From: Candidatus Zixiibacteriota bacterium
Lineage (GTDB): Bacteria; Zixibacteria; MSB-5A5; UBA10806; 4484-95
Reading direction: 5' to 3'
NCBI GenBank assembly: GCA_037441845.1
Contig: JBBIRK010000002.1
Coordinates: forward strand, 32,001-96,000
Length of the DNA: 64,000 bases
The translations under genes were made by a program, and so were the position numbers. Below, one piece after another: positions 9,198 through 18,738 of the stretch. The first letter of the stretch is position 1. Every line of letters begins with the position of its first letter. The notes under the pieces were generated by a model that made no database searches, had not been told where the DNA came from, and was given only the letters and a program-made list of their open reading frames with translations.

Positions 9198-9938
9198 CTA
9201 CAACTTCCAGCGTTTCAGGTTCTCTATAAAACCAAGCGCGGTGGTGTCGATCGAAAGCGGTGTAATCGAGATCAATTTTTTATCGATCGCGCCGTAATCG
9301 GTATCGGGCCCGCGGCCGGTGATTTTGACACGCCCGCCTATCCAGTAATAGCTCTGGCCGCGAGGGTCGATTTTCTCGGTAATCACATCTTCATATACCC
9401 TCTTGCCCAGCCGGGTGATAGCATAACGGGCAGGCGATACCTTCTTGCCGGGCGGCACATTTATATTGAGCAATACACCCTCGGGCAGACCGTTTTTCAT
9501 GACTGCGCGGGTGATTTTCTTGGTGAAAGCCACAGCCGTACCGTAATCCCGTTGCCCATTGCCGACAAGCGATACCGCCAGCGACGGGATCCCCAGCAGC
9601 GTCCCCTCGATAGCGGCGGCAACCGTCCCCGAATAAGTTACATCCTCGCCCATATTGGCGCCGTCGTTGATCCCGGATATCACCAAATCCGGCGGTTTTC
9701 CCAGAAGGCAATAAACGGCCACCATCACCGCATCGGTCGGGGTGCCGTCGACGCTGTAAAAGTCGCGATCGATCTTTTTCACCCGCAACGGCCTGGCCAC
9801 GGTCAAAGAATGCGACGCCCCGGATCGGTCCCTATCGGGAGCGACGGTAACCAGTCTGCCTAAGCACCCCAGAGAGCGCCGCAGGGCTTTTATCCCCTCC
9901 GCCTGATAGCCGTCGTCGTTCGTCAGCAGAATAGTCAT
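9198..9938 (-). CDS. surE: 5'/3'-nucleotidase SurE
   Basis: ILLTNDDG, VAPDRDRSGASHSLT, DGTPTDAV, SGINDGANMG..YSGTVAAA. Confidence 0.97.
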   Translation of the reverse strand: MTILLTNDDGYQAEGIKALRRSLGCLGRLVTVAPDRDRSGASHSLTVARPLRVKKIDRDFYSVDGTPTDAVMVAVYCLLGKPPDLVISGINDGANMGEDVTYSGTVAAAIEGTLLGIPSLAVSLVGNGQRDYGTAVAFTKKITRAVMKNGLPEGVLLNINVPPGKKVSPARYAITRLGKRVYEDVITEKIDPRGQSYYWIGGRVKITGRGPDTDYGAIDKKLISITPLSIDTTALGFIENLKRWKL

Positions 9939-10133
9939 ATTATTGCAATCGAATGTAGTCACAAGTCCATACAAAAGTCAAGGAGTCGATGCATATTCGA
10001 AAATCCCCGATCGCGGTCACCGCCGCCTTCCATTCTTTCGATTCACCGATACTTCCCTTTCGCATTAAAACAGAACTTTCCGGCGGCAATTTGCGTATCG
10101 AAATATAGCGATAACACAAACGCGGAGCTGATC

Positions 10134-10790
10134 ATGTTCGACCGAATGACCGACGATAACGAAACCCAACATGCCGATTCGATAGAGGAAGCCGAAAGAT
10201 ACGCCGACCACATGAGATATTTCACCCGCTTCTATCGGAAATTCGCCGACTATCTACTGACGCTCGATTCGTGCAGAAAAATCAGGGTAAATCGCGAAGG
10301 CAGGATTCTCGAGGTTGGGGCCGGAACCGGTTTCCTGACGGCGCAACTGGCGCGGTTGTTCCCCGATTCCGAGATAACGGCGCTCGATAAATCGGCGGCG
10401 ATGCTGGCTGTGGCGCGCAAGCTGCAAGACGTCATGGAAAACGGCAAAATACGCTGGACCATCGGCGACGCCGAGAATCCAAAGTGCGTTGCGGAACTCG
10501 GTCGATTCGACCTGATCTGCGGCAGCCTGGTCTTGCATGAATTCAAAGATCTGCAAAAGGCGATCGATAACTTTCGCGGGGCTCTGAATCCCTCCGGCGC
10601 ACTCGCCTTTCTTGATCTTCGCAGAGTCTGGTGGTTGTATTGGATCCCCAGCCGGGAGGGTTTTTTCCGCTCTATTCGGGCTGCTTATCTTCCTCGTGAA
10701 ATCAAGGAAACATTAGTCCATCTGGGTTATACGAAATGCGATGTCAGGAATCTTTTTCCCATTTTCCTGGTCGCCGCCGCAGAATCCTGA
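10134..10790 (+). CDS. Class I SAM-dependent methyltransferase
   Basis: ILEVGAGTG, ALDKSAAML, GDAE, FDLI, LNPSG. Confidence 0.88.
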   Translation: MFDRMTDDNETQHADSIEEAERYADHMRYFTRFYRKFADYLLTLDSCRKIRVNREGRILEVGAGTGFLTAQLARLFPDSEITALDKSAAMLAVARKLQDVMENGKIRWTIGDAENPKCVAELGRFDLICGSLVLHEFKDLQKAIDNFRGALNPSGALAFLDLRRVWWLYWIPSREGFFRSIRAAYLPREIKETLVHLGYTKCDVRNLFPIFLVAAAES

Positions 10791-10838
10791 CGATTCCGGA
10801 ATATTCCGCTTACCCGATCAGCGGCCGAAAAGGCCGAT

Positions 10839-11498
10839 TTACATTTCCTCCAGCACCATTCGCACCCATCGGTATGTGTCTTCGATATTTCTTATGGACG
10901 AGGGGAAATTCCGTCCGTAAACCACTTTCACCGGAACAAAAGCGATCTTGAAGCCCGCCCGGACGGCTTTGATTATCAACTCCGATTCGAGCTGATACCC
11001 TTCCGATGTCAAATTCAATGATGCAAGCATGGCCACGCTCATCAGTCGGAAACCTGATTGGGAGTCCTCGATACGAGCGCCGAGCAGCCATGACAATATA
11101 CGGGATGTCAGGTAATTCGAGCAGCGTCGATCGAAAGGCATATCGGCGAGATTCCCCTTTCGTGAACCGATGATCATATCGGCCCGGGTCGCCGCCAAGG
11201 TCGAAATGAACGCGGGAATATATGCCGGATCGTGCTGCCCGTCGCTGTCTATAGTGATCACCCATTCATGCCCCCCGGCTATCGCATATTCGAACCCGCG
11301 TTTAAGCGCCGCCCCTTTGCCTTTGTTGGTCTCATTGCGGATAAGATTCACTCCTCGCGTTATCGCCGTCGCTCCGGTATCGTCGGTCGAACCGTCATCA
11401 ATGACCAGTATGTCGCGCACATGCCGCTTCACATCGTCGATTACTTTTCCCAGGTAAAGCCCGGCGTTGTAAGCAGGAATCACAGCCAGCAATTTCAT
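10839..11498 (-). CDS. Glycosyltransferase family 2 (polyprenol-phosphate mannosyltransferase-like)
   Basis: VIPAYN, VIDDGSTDDT, NKGKGAALKRG, DSDGQH, DSQSGFR. Confidence 0.92.
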   Translation of the reverse strand: MKLLAVIPAYNAGLYLGKVIDDVKRHVRDILVIDDGSTDDTGATAITRGVNLIRNETNKGKGAALKRGFEYAIAGGHEWVITIDSDGQHDPAYIPAFISTLAATRADMIIGSRKGNLADMPFDRRCSNYLTSRILSWLLGARIEDSQSGFRLMSVAMLASLNLTSEGYQLESELIIKAVRAGFKIAFVPVKVVYGRNFPSSIRNIEDTYRWVRMVLEEM

Positions 11499-11610
11499 GG
11501 ATATAATTTGCCTGGTTTTGCGCCCAAAGGCAACGCCGATTTCGAACGCTCTCACAAAACAAGCAAAATATGACGGCGGTTTCGTCGTTGCCGCGAATCC
11601 GGGAATAGCG

Positions 11611-11639
11611 AAAAAAGAGCCGCGCAAATTCGGCGGCTC
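11611..11639 (-). terminator. Intrinsic terminator after DUF1579-like gene
   Basis: GAGCCGC-N9-GCGGCTC followed by T6 on minus strand. Confidence 0.7.
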
Positions 11640-11664
11640 ATTTGAAATCAGGTAATTGTCGGCT

Positions 11665-12264
11665 CTATTTCATGCGCGTGTAAATCATCTCGAAATTCCG
11701 AAATTCACTTCCGTCGTCGTTCATCTCGAACATATCGAATCTATGGCGGTCGTCGTTTTCAATCGACAACACCGTCTTGTAATGCGAATTTTTCTTTTTT
11801 ATCGGATCGTAATACGACGAATGCATGGTCAGGACTTTTCCGGCGGAGTCGCACTGGCCGGTCGATAACATAAAGCCGGTCGACATCTCATCGATCCAGA
11901 AACCGACATATTCATTTTTAATCAAGTCGTAGCCGGTTATCCCCATTCCGTGGAACATCTGTCCGAAATTGAATCCCTCGACATCTTCTTGAATGAACCT
12001 TCCCCCCATGATCCACTTGACTTCGCAGGTGGCGCTGGAAGTGTCCGCCGGCGCGCCGGGATACATCCACCATTTGCTGGCAATTCGCCAGCGTCCAACC
12101 AAAGGTTCGAGAACCTTGTGTTTTTCACCTGGGGTGGCGTATTTGGCGTATTCGGCCATCATTTGTTCCGGCGTCTGTTCGCCTTTCTCGTCGGCTGCTA
12201 TCGTTGCTGCTGCTGCAACAATGAACAACAGCAGGGCGGGAATGATCAAGCTGCGCATGCCCAT
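11665..12264 (-). CDS. Exported DUF1579-like protein
   Basis: Signal peptide; ATPGEKHKVLEPLVGRW, MGGRFI, GMGITGYD, WIDEMSTG, MIYTR. Confidence 0.82.
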   Translation of the reverse strand: MGMRSLIIPALLLFIVAAAATIAADEKGEQTPEQMMAEYAKYATPGEKHKVLEPLVGRWRIASKWWMYPGAPADTSSATCEVKWIMGGRFIQEDVEGFNFGQMFHGMGITGYDLIKNEYVGFWIDEMSTGFMLSTGQCDSAGKVLTMHSSYYDPIKKKNSHYKTVLSIENDDRHRFDMFEMNDDGSEFRNFEMIYTRMK

Positions 12265-12482
12265 TCATTAACTCCTTGTGTCGAAAGTTGATTATCGTTG
12301 AACACTTTCCATTGATAGGCCTTTTTTTTCCGGAAGTCAATATCTTTTAACCCAATATCGTGCCCGCGCTCCCATATTTTTGTTAACTTCTGAAAAGCCC
12401 CGCGAATCGGCCCCTAAACGCCTTTCACATGCCCCATATTTCAGCCGAAATAAAGGACAGGCCCCTTTAAAAGGAGCGAAAG

Positions 12483-12908
12483 ATGACTCAATTACAATGG
12501 AACGATGCCATGAGCATCGGAGTGCCGGAAATCGATGGTCAGCATAAAAAACTGATCGACATTATCAATCGCATAGAACATTCTATCGCCGAGGGGACCG
12601 CCGCCAAAGAAATCGGTCTGATCCTGAAAGAGCTGGTGGATTATTCCAACCTTCATTTCCAAACCGAAGAAGCTTTCATGAAAAGCATCAATTACGGGGG
12701 GTTGGCGCATCAGATCAAATTGCACGAGGGTTTCCGAAACAAGTTGGTAGGTTATCTCATGCGGCTGCGCCGCGATGAAAAAGTTTCCGCTTACGAAATT
12801 CTATATTTCCTGAAGTCATGGACAGTCGATCATATGCTGGTCGAGGACAAACGTATCGGCGCCGCCGTTGCCGTGGGTTCCGCGTGCACCGTACTCAACA
12901 CTCCGTAG
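12483..12908 (+). CDS. Bacteriohemerythrin
   Basis: LQWNDAMSIGVPEIDGQHKKL, HFQTEE, HMLVED; AAGGAG SD. Confidence 0.92.
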   Translation: MTQLQWNDAMSIGVPEIDGQHKKLIDIINRIEHSIAEGTAAKEIGLILKELVDYSNLHFQTEEAFMKSINYGGLAHQIKLHEGFRNKLVGYLMRLRRDEKVSAYEILYFLKSWTVDHMLVEDKRIGAAVAVGSACTVLNTP

Positions 12909-13384
12909 TCCGTCCAAATCGATTCATGAAACGTCTTGTTTGGAGAGGTTCCGCTTATTGCCATTGTGCAAAAGGATATAGAATATTCTCATGACGTTCA
13001 TGTGAAACCACCAAGTTACTTGCCATGAAGGAGTCGGCAGATACTAAGCCCTTCGGCAAGATAAGTAAAGCCGCAAAGTAACCGAGAATCCGCCCGACCT
13101 TACCGGCAACATTACCGCATGGACTCGAAAAGTGGTAACCTTGCCATAACAACCATCGGTTAAGCCCAAACGGATTGTTTTCAAGAGTTCGATGGCTCTA
13201 TCGACAACGAACCAAGAGAGAAAATCGAATAACTCAAATTTCGCAAAATAAAGGTTGTTGTTTGTCATTTGTCGTTATATTAATTCAATTTATAGCCACT
13301 GGAACCGAAGGGAATCTGTCAAACGAAAAATCATGGCGTGCGTTTTTGGTATATTAACGAAAAGCGCAAACGAAAGGAGCGGAA

Positions 13385-13822
13385 ATGTTCAAAGAATTCA
13401 AAGACTTTGCCATGCGCGGGAATGTGCTGGACATGGCTATCGGAATCATTATCGGCGCGGCGTTCGGGCAGATCGTCACGTCGATGGTGAACGATATCCT
13501 CATGCCGCCAATCGGCCTGCTCCTTGGTAGAGTCGATTTCGCCAACCTCTTCATTAATCTAAGCGGCGCCGATTTCGGCTCTTTGGCTGCAGCCAAAAGC
13601 GCCGGCGCGGCCACTATCAACTACGGGCAATTCATCAACACGGTAATCAATTTCATAATCGTGGCTTTCGTGATTTTCCTGCTGGTGAAACAGATAAACA
13701 GATTCAAGCGCGCGCCCGAACCAGCCCCTGCGGTGGTTACAACCAAAGAATGCCCCTATTGCTATTCGACCATCGCGATTAAAGCCACCCGTTGCCCGTA
13801 TTGCACTTCGGAGGTGAAATGA
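13385..13822 (+). CDS. mscL: Large-conductance mechanosensitive channel with C-terminal zinc ribbon
   Basis: [39 protein letters not shown]; tail CPYC..CPYC. Confidence 0.96.
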   Translation: MFKEFKDFAMRGNVLDMAIGIIIGAAFGQIVTSMVNDILMPPIGLLLGRVDFANLFINLSGADFGSLAAAKSAGAATINYGQFINTVINFIIVAFVIFLLVKQINRFKRAPEPAPAVVTTKECPYCYSTIAIKATRCPYCTSEVK

Positions 13823-13885
13823 AATACAATAAGCATAATTGTTACTGAAACCGTTTCAAATATGCGTATGGGAAAGGAATTTTCG

Positions 13886-15382
13886 ATGATTGGGTTCAAA
13901 TTTATCGCGACGATTTTTTTGATTGGAGCGACCGCCGTAATCGCCGGAGCGGCCGATTGGAGCGAAATCAACGGCATAGGGATTCGGGGGCCCCTGTTGG
14001 CGCCGATGCTCGAGGGTTCCGATTACGGCGATCCCTCCCGCGAGCCGTTTATGATGGGTCTCGACGGCAGTTTTTACATCCGCTACGGGATCCGGCATAA
14101 TCTGACCGTGGATCTGTCGATTGGAGCGGCGACGACCTATGACGACACCACCGCCACCAGCGATCAATCGTTCAGTTTCAATAATTCGGACAATGCCTCC
14201 TCGAAAATGACCGCTCTTCTGGTCGGACTCACGGGAAACTATTATTTACTTACGGGGGGAAATCTGCAACCTTACTTGATTTTCGGTCTCGGTTTCGCCG
14301 ACTGGACAATAAGAAACATCGAAAAAAACAGAACGTTCAGCGTTTCCGATTTTGACGCCAAAGCCGGCCTGGGTTTGAATTTTTGGCTTGCCGACAATTT
14401 CACTCTCGATTTTCAAGGTAAATTCTCCTATGCGGTCGCCAGAGCCGGCCATACCGGTCGTATGGCTGACGCGCTGGATGCGGGCTGGAACAAATGGAAA
14501 ACCCGTCCTTTCAGAGCCTATCTCGAGCCTTCAATCGGTTTGACCTATTATCTCGGCGGCGGAAAAGACACCGATAAAGATGGTGTCAAGGACAAGGACG
14601 ATCAGTGCCCGGATACGCCGAAAGGCGCCGCGGTGAATGAGCTGGGTTGTCCCAACGACGAAGACCGTGATGGCGTTTACGACGGCTTGGACCGCTGCCC
14701 GGGGACTCCGGCCGGAGCTAAAGTAGATATCAACGGATGCCCGATAGATACCGATAAAGACGGTGTTTTCGATGGTATCGATAGATGCCCCGATACACCC
14801 GCTAATGTTAAGGTGGATATACATGGCTGTCCGCTCGACGGCGACGGGGACGGCGTCCCCGATTATCTCGACAAGCAGCTCGATACGCCCAGAGGCGCCA
14901 AGGTCGATAAGGACGGGGTCGGAATCGACAGCGATAGTGACGGCGTTTACGACGGTATCGACAAATGCCCGAAAACTCCCGCGGGGATGGCGGTCGATGC
15001 CCAGGGCTGCCCGAAAGAGATAAAAAGATTAGCCGAAAAAATAACCCTGAATATAAAATACGCCACCGGCTCGTTCGAACCCGATGACGCCTCCAAAGAG
15101 ATCCTCGATGGTGTGGCCAAAACCATGAAAGCTTATCCCGACACCAAAATCGAAATCGCGGGATTCACCGATGACGTCGGGTCGGAAAAAGCCAATCTCA
15201 CGCTTTCGCAAAAGCGCGCCGATGGAGTCATGAAATACCTGATCGACAAAGGAGTGGAACCGGAAAGAATGAGTGCCATAGGTCACGGCGAAAACCCGAA
15301 ATATTTTATCGGCGACAACAAGACCGCGGAAGGGCGGCAAAAAAACAGAAGAGTGGAAATCAATTCCACTCTTATCGAATGA
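13886..15382 (+). CDS. OmpA family outer-membrane protein (beta-barrel, thrombospondin type-3 repeats, OmpA C-terminal domain)
   Basis: Signal peptide; DTDKDGVxDxxDxCPxTP repeats; IAGFTDDVG..NLTLSQKRA..NRRVE. Confidence 0.93.
   Translation: MIGFKFIATIFLIGATAVIAGAADWSEINGIGIRGPLLAPMLEGSDYGDPSREPFMMGLDGSFYIRYGIRHNLTVDLSIGAATTYDDTTATSDQSFSFNNSDNASSKMTALLVGLTGNYYLLTGGNLQPYLIFGLGFADWTIRNIEKNRTFSVSDFDAKAGLGLNFWLADNFTLDFQGKFSYAVARAGHTGRMADALDAGWNKWKTRPFRAYLEPSIGLTYYLGGGKDTDKDGVKDKDDQCPDTPKGAAVNELGCPNDEDRDGVYDGLDRCPGTPAGAKVDINGCPIDTDKDGVFDGIDRCPDTPANVKVDIHGCPLDGDGDGVPDYLDKQLDTPRGAKVDKDGVGIDSDSDGVYDGIDKCPKTPAGMAVDAQGCPKEIKRLAEKITLNIKYATGSFEPDDASKEILDGVAKTMKAYPDTKIEIAGFTDDVGSEKANLTLSQKRADGVMKYLIDKGVEPERMSAIGHGENPKYFIGDNKTAEGRQKNRRVEINSTLIE
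14567..15013 (+). repeat. Five ~30-aa TSP3-like Ca-binding repeats inside ompA
   Basis: Repeated DxDxDGVxDxxDxCPxTPxGxxVDxxGCP. Confidence 0.85.
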
Positions 15383-15669
15383 TGCCATCGGGTCTTATCG
15401 GATCGAACGGCCGCAGCGTCACCCGATAGGATGCAGTCGATCGTAATTCGAGATGATTCACCGAAAGTTCTATTGCCGCTCTGCAGAGACGCGGCTCGTC
15501 CGCGTCCCCTCATTTTCACCGAAAGACTTCATAGCCCCCATTCACGAACGGACACGAAGGTCGACCGCCATAGCAGTAGAAACCGTTTCAAGGAGGGTTA
15601 AGCCATAATAACGGCATTTCGCGAAAGCCGCCAAGATTTTCACCGATAACGCTTCGCCGAAACACCAAA

Positions 15670-15702
15670 TAAAAAATGGCCGGAGTAAGAGTCCGGCCAT
15701 TT
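15670..15702 (-). terminator. Intrinsic terminator after the small basic-peptide gene
   Basis: AAATGGCCGGA-N7-TCCGGCCATTT followed by more Ts on minus strand. Confidence 0.8.
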
Positions 15703-15720
15703 CGGCTGATTCGGAAATCT

Positions 15721-15783
15721 TTACTTTTTCGTTTTTTTCTTGGCCGTTTTCTCTTTCGCCGGGGCTTTCGATTTGCAAGCCAT
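15721..15783 (-). CDS. 20-aa lysine-rich peptide MACKSKAPAKEKTAKKKTKK (below ORF-track cutoff)
   Basis: AGGGAGG SD 5 nt before ATG; upstream promoter and downstream terminator. Confidence 0.7.
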   Translation of the reverse strand: MACKSKAPAKEKTAKKKTKK

Positions 15784-15819
15784 CTGGACCTCCCTAAATC
15801 AGGTTCGTTACACGCTGTC

Positions 15820-15848
15820 GTTATCGCATCATGCCGGAATTTTGTCAA
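15820..15848 (-). promoter_or_regulatory. Putative sigma-70 promoter of the 20-aa peptide
   Basis: TTGACA-N17-GATAAC with extended -10 TG. Confidence 0.55.
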
Positions 15849-15960
15849 GATTATTTTGGCCGGATAACCCGAACGTTACCCTGGTTGCGGCGGAACTGAA
15901 ACGACATGGCTCTGGTTTGCACTCATGATCGTGAATGAGCAAATACAATCGGAGGTAACG

Positions 15961-16848
15961 ATGTTCGTCATAACCGGAGCCGGAGGAAACACCGGATCGA
16001 AAATCGCCGGCAGGCTGCTTACCGTCGGCAAGAAAGTCCGCATCATAACCAGAAGCCGATCCAAAGTGCAATCCCTTATCGATCAGGGCGCCGAATACGC
16101 CCCTATAGATTTGAACGATACCGACTCCCTTACCGCCGCCATCCGCGGGGCAAGCGGAGTTTACGCCATGATTCCCCCGAACTATTCGGCTCCCGATTTC
16201 CGCGGCTATCAAAACAAAATCGGCGACTCGATAGCCACCGCGATTCGTCGGGCCGGCGTTACTCACGTGATAAATCTAAGCAGTATCGGCGCCCATATGG
16301 GCTATGGCACCGGCGTCCTGCTCGGCTTACACGACCAGGAGGAAAGGCTGAACGCAATCGACGGCGTGGCCGTTTTGAATCTGCGGCCCGGGTTTTTCAT
16401 GGAAAACTTCCTTTGGCAGATCGACCTGATCAAAACCAAAGGAATAATGGGAGCGCCCCAGAAAGCGGATTTGCCGCTTCCGTTTATCGCCACCGCAGAT
16501 ATCGCCGATTATGCCGTTCAACGTTTTCTCAAACTCGATTTCACCGGCAAGACGAACCGGGAACTGCTCGGCCAACGCGACCTGACCATGAGCCAATGCG
16601 CCGCCATTTTGGGCAACAGTATCGGCAGACCCGATCTGCCATATGTCGAATTCCCCTGCGAAGACACGAAAAAAGCTTTCATCGCCCAAGGGATGTCGGC
16701 GGACGCCGCGGATAAATTGGTCGAATTGCAACAGGCGTTCAACGAGGGTTTGGCAAGACCCACGGAGCCGCGGGGAAACGCCAACACTACCGCCACCTCG
16801 CTCGAACGATTTTCGAGTCTGTTCAAAGCAGCTTTCGACGGCCGATAA
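15961..16848 (+). CDS. NmrA-like NAD(P)H-binding protein
   Basis: ITGAGGNTG Rossmann motif, LSSIGAH, LRPGFFMEN, IATADIA; GGAGG SD. Confidence 0.9.
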   Translation: MFVITGAGGNTGSKIAGRLLTVGKKVRIITRSRSKVQSLIDQGAEYAPIDLNDTDSLTAAIRGASGVYAMIPPNYSAPDFRGYQNKIGDSIATAIRRAGVTHVINLSSIGAHMGYGTGVLLGLHDQEERLNAIDGVAVLNLRPGFFMENFLWQIDLIKTKGIMGAPQKADLPLPFIATADIADYAVQRFLKLDFTGKTNRELLGQRDLTMSQCAAILGNSIGRPDLPYVEFPCEDTKKAFIAQGMSADAADKLVELQQAFNEGLARPTEPRGNANTTATSLERFSSLFKAAFDGR

Positions 16849-16857
16849 AACCGGCGG

Positions 16858-17598
16858 TTATTCGAGCGTGGCCACAATCATCAAACCCTCGCGGCCGTCG
16901 TGGTAGATCGGGTGGGGAATCCATTCGTATCTGAAACCGGCCTGGCGAAGACACTCTTCCCAGATTTTTTTCGAAAATATGCCGATCAGATGCGTTTCAT
17001 GTAAAACTTCGACTTTGCCGTCACGCCGGATAACATAAATCATAAGGCAATCGAGCGTGGTATCGGAGGGATTCGGATCATATTCGTGCTGAACGAATGT
17101 TAATTCGGTTCCATTGAGAGATCGGTTGCAATGCCAGGTGGTCGGCTTGACCGGAAAATCCGAAAGCCATTCCGGCGCGGTGACGAAAATACCGCCTCGG
17201 TTAAGATGCGATGCCGCCGTATCGATAGTGCTCTGCAAGTCGGCCCGGGTCAGCATATAACCTATGGCGTCATGAATGATGACGGCGTCGAATCTGCGGC
17301 CCAGCCGCACAGTGCGCATATCGCCGACTATATGCTCGACATCCGGATTTCTTTGCCGAGAGTGGGCAAGCATTTTATCGGATAAATCGACCGCGGTGGC
17401 TTGGAAATCCGAGGTGAGATGCGACAAATTGTCGCCGCCGCCTACTCCTAATTCGAGAATATGGTGTCTTCCCGGCCCGAGTCTGTCCCGTAACGCCTTT
17501 TTCCAGAACTGCGCCTCGAAAGCATAGTCCTCCGGCGAACTCACCAACGGCCAGAGATCCGATAATTTATCGTAAAGTAAATAAGGCGGCTGGTCCAT
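16858..17598 (-). CDS. Class I SAM-dependent methyltransferase
   Basis: ILELGVGGG, AVDLSDKML, GDMRTVRLGRRFDAVIIHDA. Confidence 0.9.
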   Translation of the reverse strand: MDQPPYLLYDKLSDLWPLVSSPEDYAFEAQFWKKALRDRLGPGRHHILELGVGGGDNLSHLTSDFQATAVDLSDKMLAHSRQRNPDVEHIVGDMRTVRLGRRFDAVIIHDAIGYMLTRADLQSTIDTAASHLNRGGIFVTAPEWLSDFPVKPTTWHCNRSLNGTELTFVQHEYDPNPSDTTLDCLMIYVIRRDGKVEVLHETHLIGIFSKKIWEECLRQAGFRYEWIPHPIYHDGREGLMIVATLE

Positions 17599-17712
17599 GC
17601 TACGATTTCAACCGCCTTATGCCGCTTGATAGTCGATCGTAATATGGAAACGCGTCAATCATAAGCGCATAATGACATTCGCCTCCTGCGGATTCAAACC
17701 TTGCATCTCCTA

Positions 17713-18189
17713 TCATCGCAATTTCCTTTTTAGCATCTCCGCCACCTTTTTGTCAACGAACATCTCGACTTCTCCCTCGAACCGGGCGATGTCCTTTATT
17801 AATGTCGATGACAGGTAGGCATACTTGCCGCGCGGCATCAAAAAGACCGTTTCTATTTCCGGCACCAACCTGCGATTCATCAAGGCCATCTGGAATTCGT
17901 ATTCGAAGTCGGATACGGCGCGCAGACCGCGGATGATGGCGGCGACCTTATTCTGACGGGCATAATGGGCGGTCAATCCCTTGAACGAGGTGACCTCAAC
18001 CCGCTGCAGACCGGCGGTTGACTGCCGCAGCATTTCCACCCTCTCCTCGGCCGAAAACGTGGTTTTTTTCGATGGGTTCTCGGCCACCGCCACGATAAGC
18101 CGATCGAAAAGCAATAATGCTCGATGAATTATATCGATATGACCATTGGTGACCGGATCGAAAGTGCCCGGATACAACGCCGTTCTCAT
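17713..18189 (-). CDS. coaD: Pantetheine-phosphate adenylyltransferase
   Basis: YPGTFDPVTNGHIDII, IRGLRAVSDFEYEFQMALMN, LSSTLIK. Confidence 0.98.
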   Translation of the reverse strand: MRTALYPGTFDPVTNGHIDIIHRALLLFDRLIVAVAENPSKKTTFSAEERVEMLRQSTAGLQRVEVTSFKGLTAHYARQNKVAAIIRGLRAVSDFEYEFQMALMNRRLVPEIETVFLMPRGKYAYLSSTLIKDIARFEGEVEMFVDKKVAEMLKRKLR

Positions 18190-18737
18190 AATTTTCCCTC
18201 ATTTATGAAAATTTCGACGACCGTTTGTCCGAATTTCAATAGGCGCAAAAGCCGTAATCCCCCGCTATCGAAAACCTCTTTGGCCTGATGCTCATATACG
18301 AACAATCCCCCTTCGGCCAATTTTTTTTGCCCGAGCAGTAGTTTCACCAGTCGATTTCCGCACTCGAGATCATAGGGTGGATCGGCGAATACGAGATCGA
18401 ATTCCATTCCCCGCCATTTGTCGCTTGAACCGAGAATATCGACTCTAACGAATTCCGCTTGTGATTCTATTCCTAGAAAGGCCACGTTCTTTCTGGCGAT
18501 ATCGAGATTGGTCTTGGAAATATCGATGAAAGTCGCTTTCAGCGCCCCGCGTGAGATCGCCTCGATTCCGAGCGAGCCGGTGCCGCAGAAAAGATCCGCC
18601 ACCTCCCGTTGGATTACATCGTCTCCCAGCACATTGAAAATCGATTCTTTCACTCGATCGAGCGTCGGCCTGAACGCAAGGCCTCTGGCTCCGTGAAGTT
18701 TTCTGCCGCCATATTTACCGGCTATCACCCGCAGCAC
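18186..18737 (-). CDS. rsmD: 16S rRNA m2G966 methyltransferase
   Basis: RVIAGKYGGRKL, RPTLDRVKESIFN, DLFCGTGSLGIEAISRGA, DPPY; directly upstream of coaD; GTG start. Confidence 0.95.
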   Translation of the reverse strand: MLRVIAGKYGGRKLHGARGLAFRPTLDRVKESIFNVLGDDVIQREVADLFCGTGSLGIEAISRGALKATFIDISKTNLDIARKNVAFLGIESQAEFVRVDILGSSDKWRGMEFDLVFADPPYDLECGNRLVKLLLGQKKLAEGGLFVYEHQAKEVFDSGGLRLLRLLKFGQTVVEIFINEGKL

Positions 18738-18738
18738 T

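Noticed and set aside
13010..13172. c-di-GMP-I (GEMM) riboswitch
   Set aside because: Partial P2-like words only; no GGCAAA..GAAA..GCAAAGC P1 core. Kept only as an unknown structure
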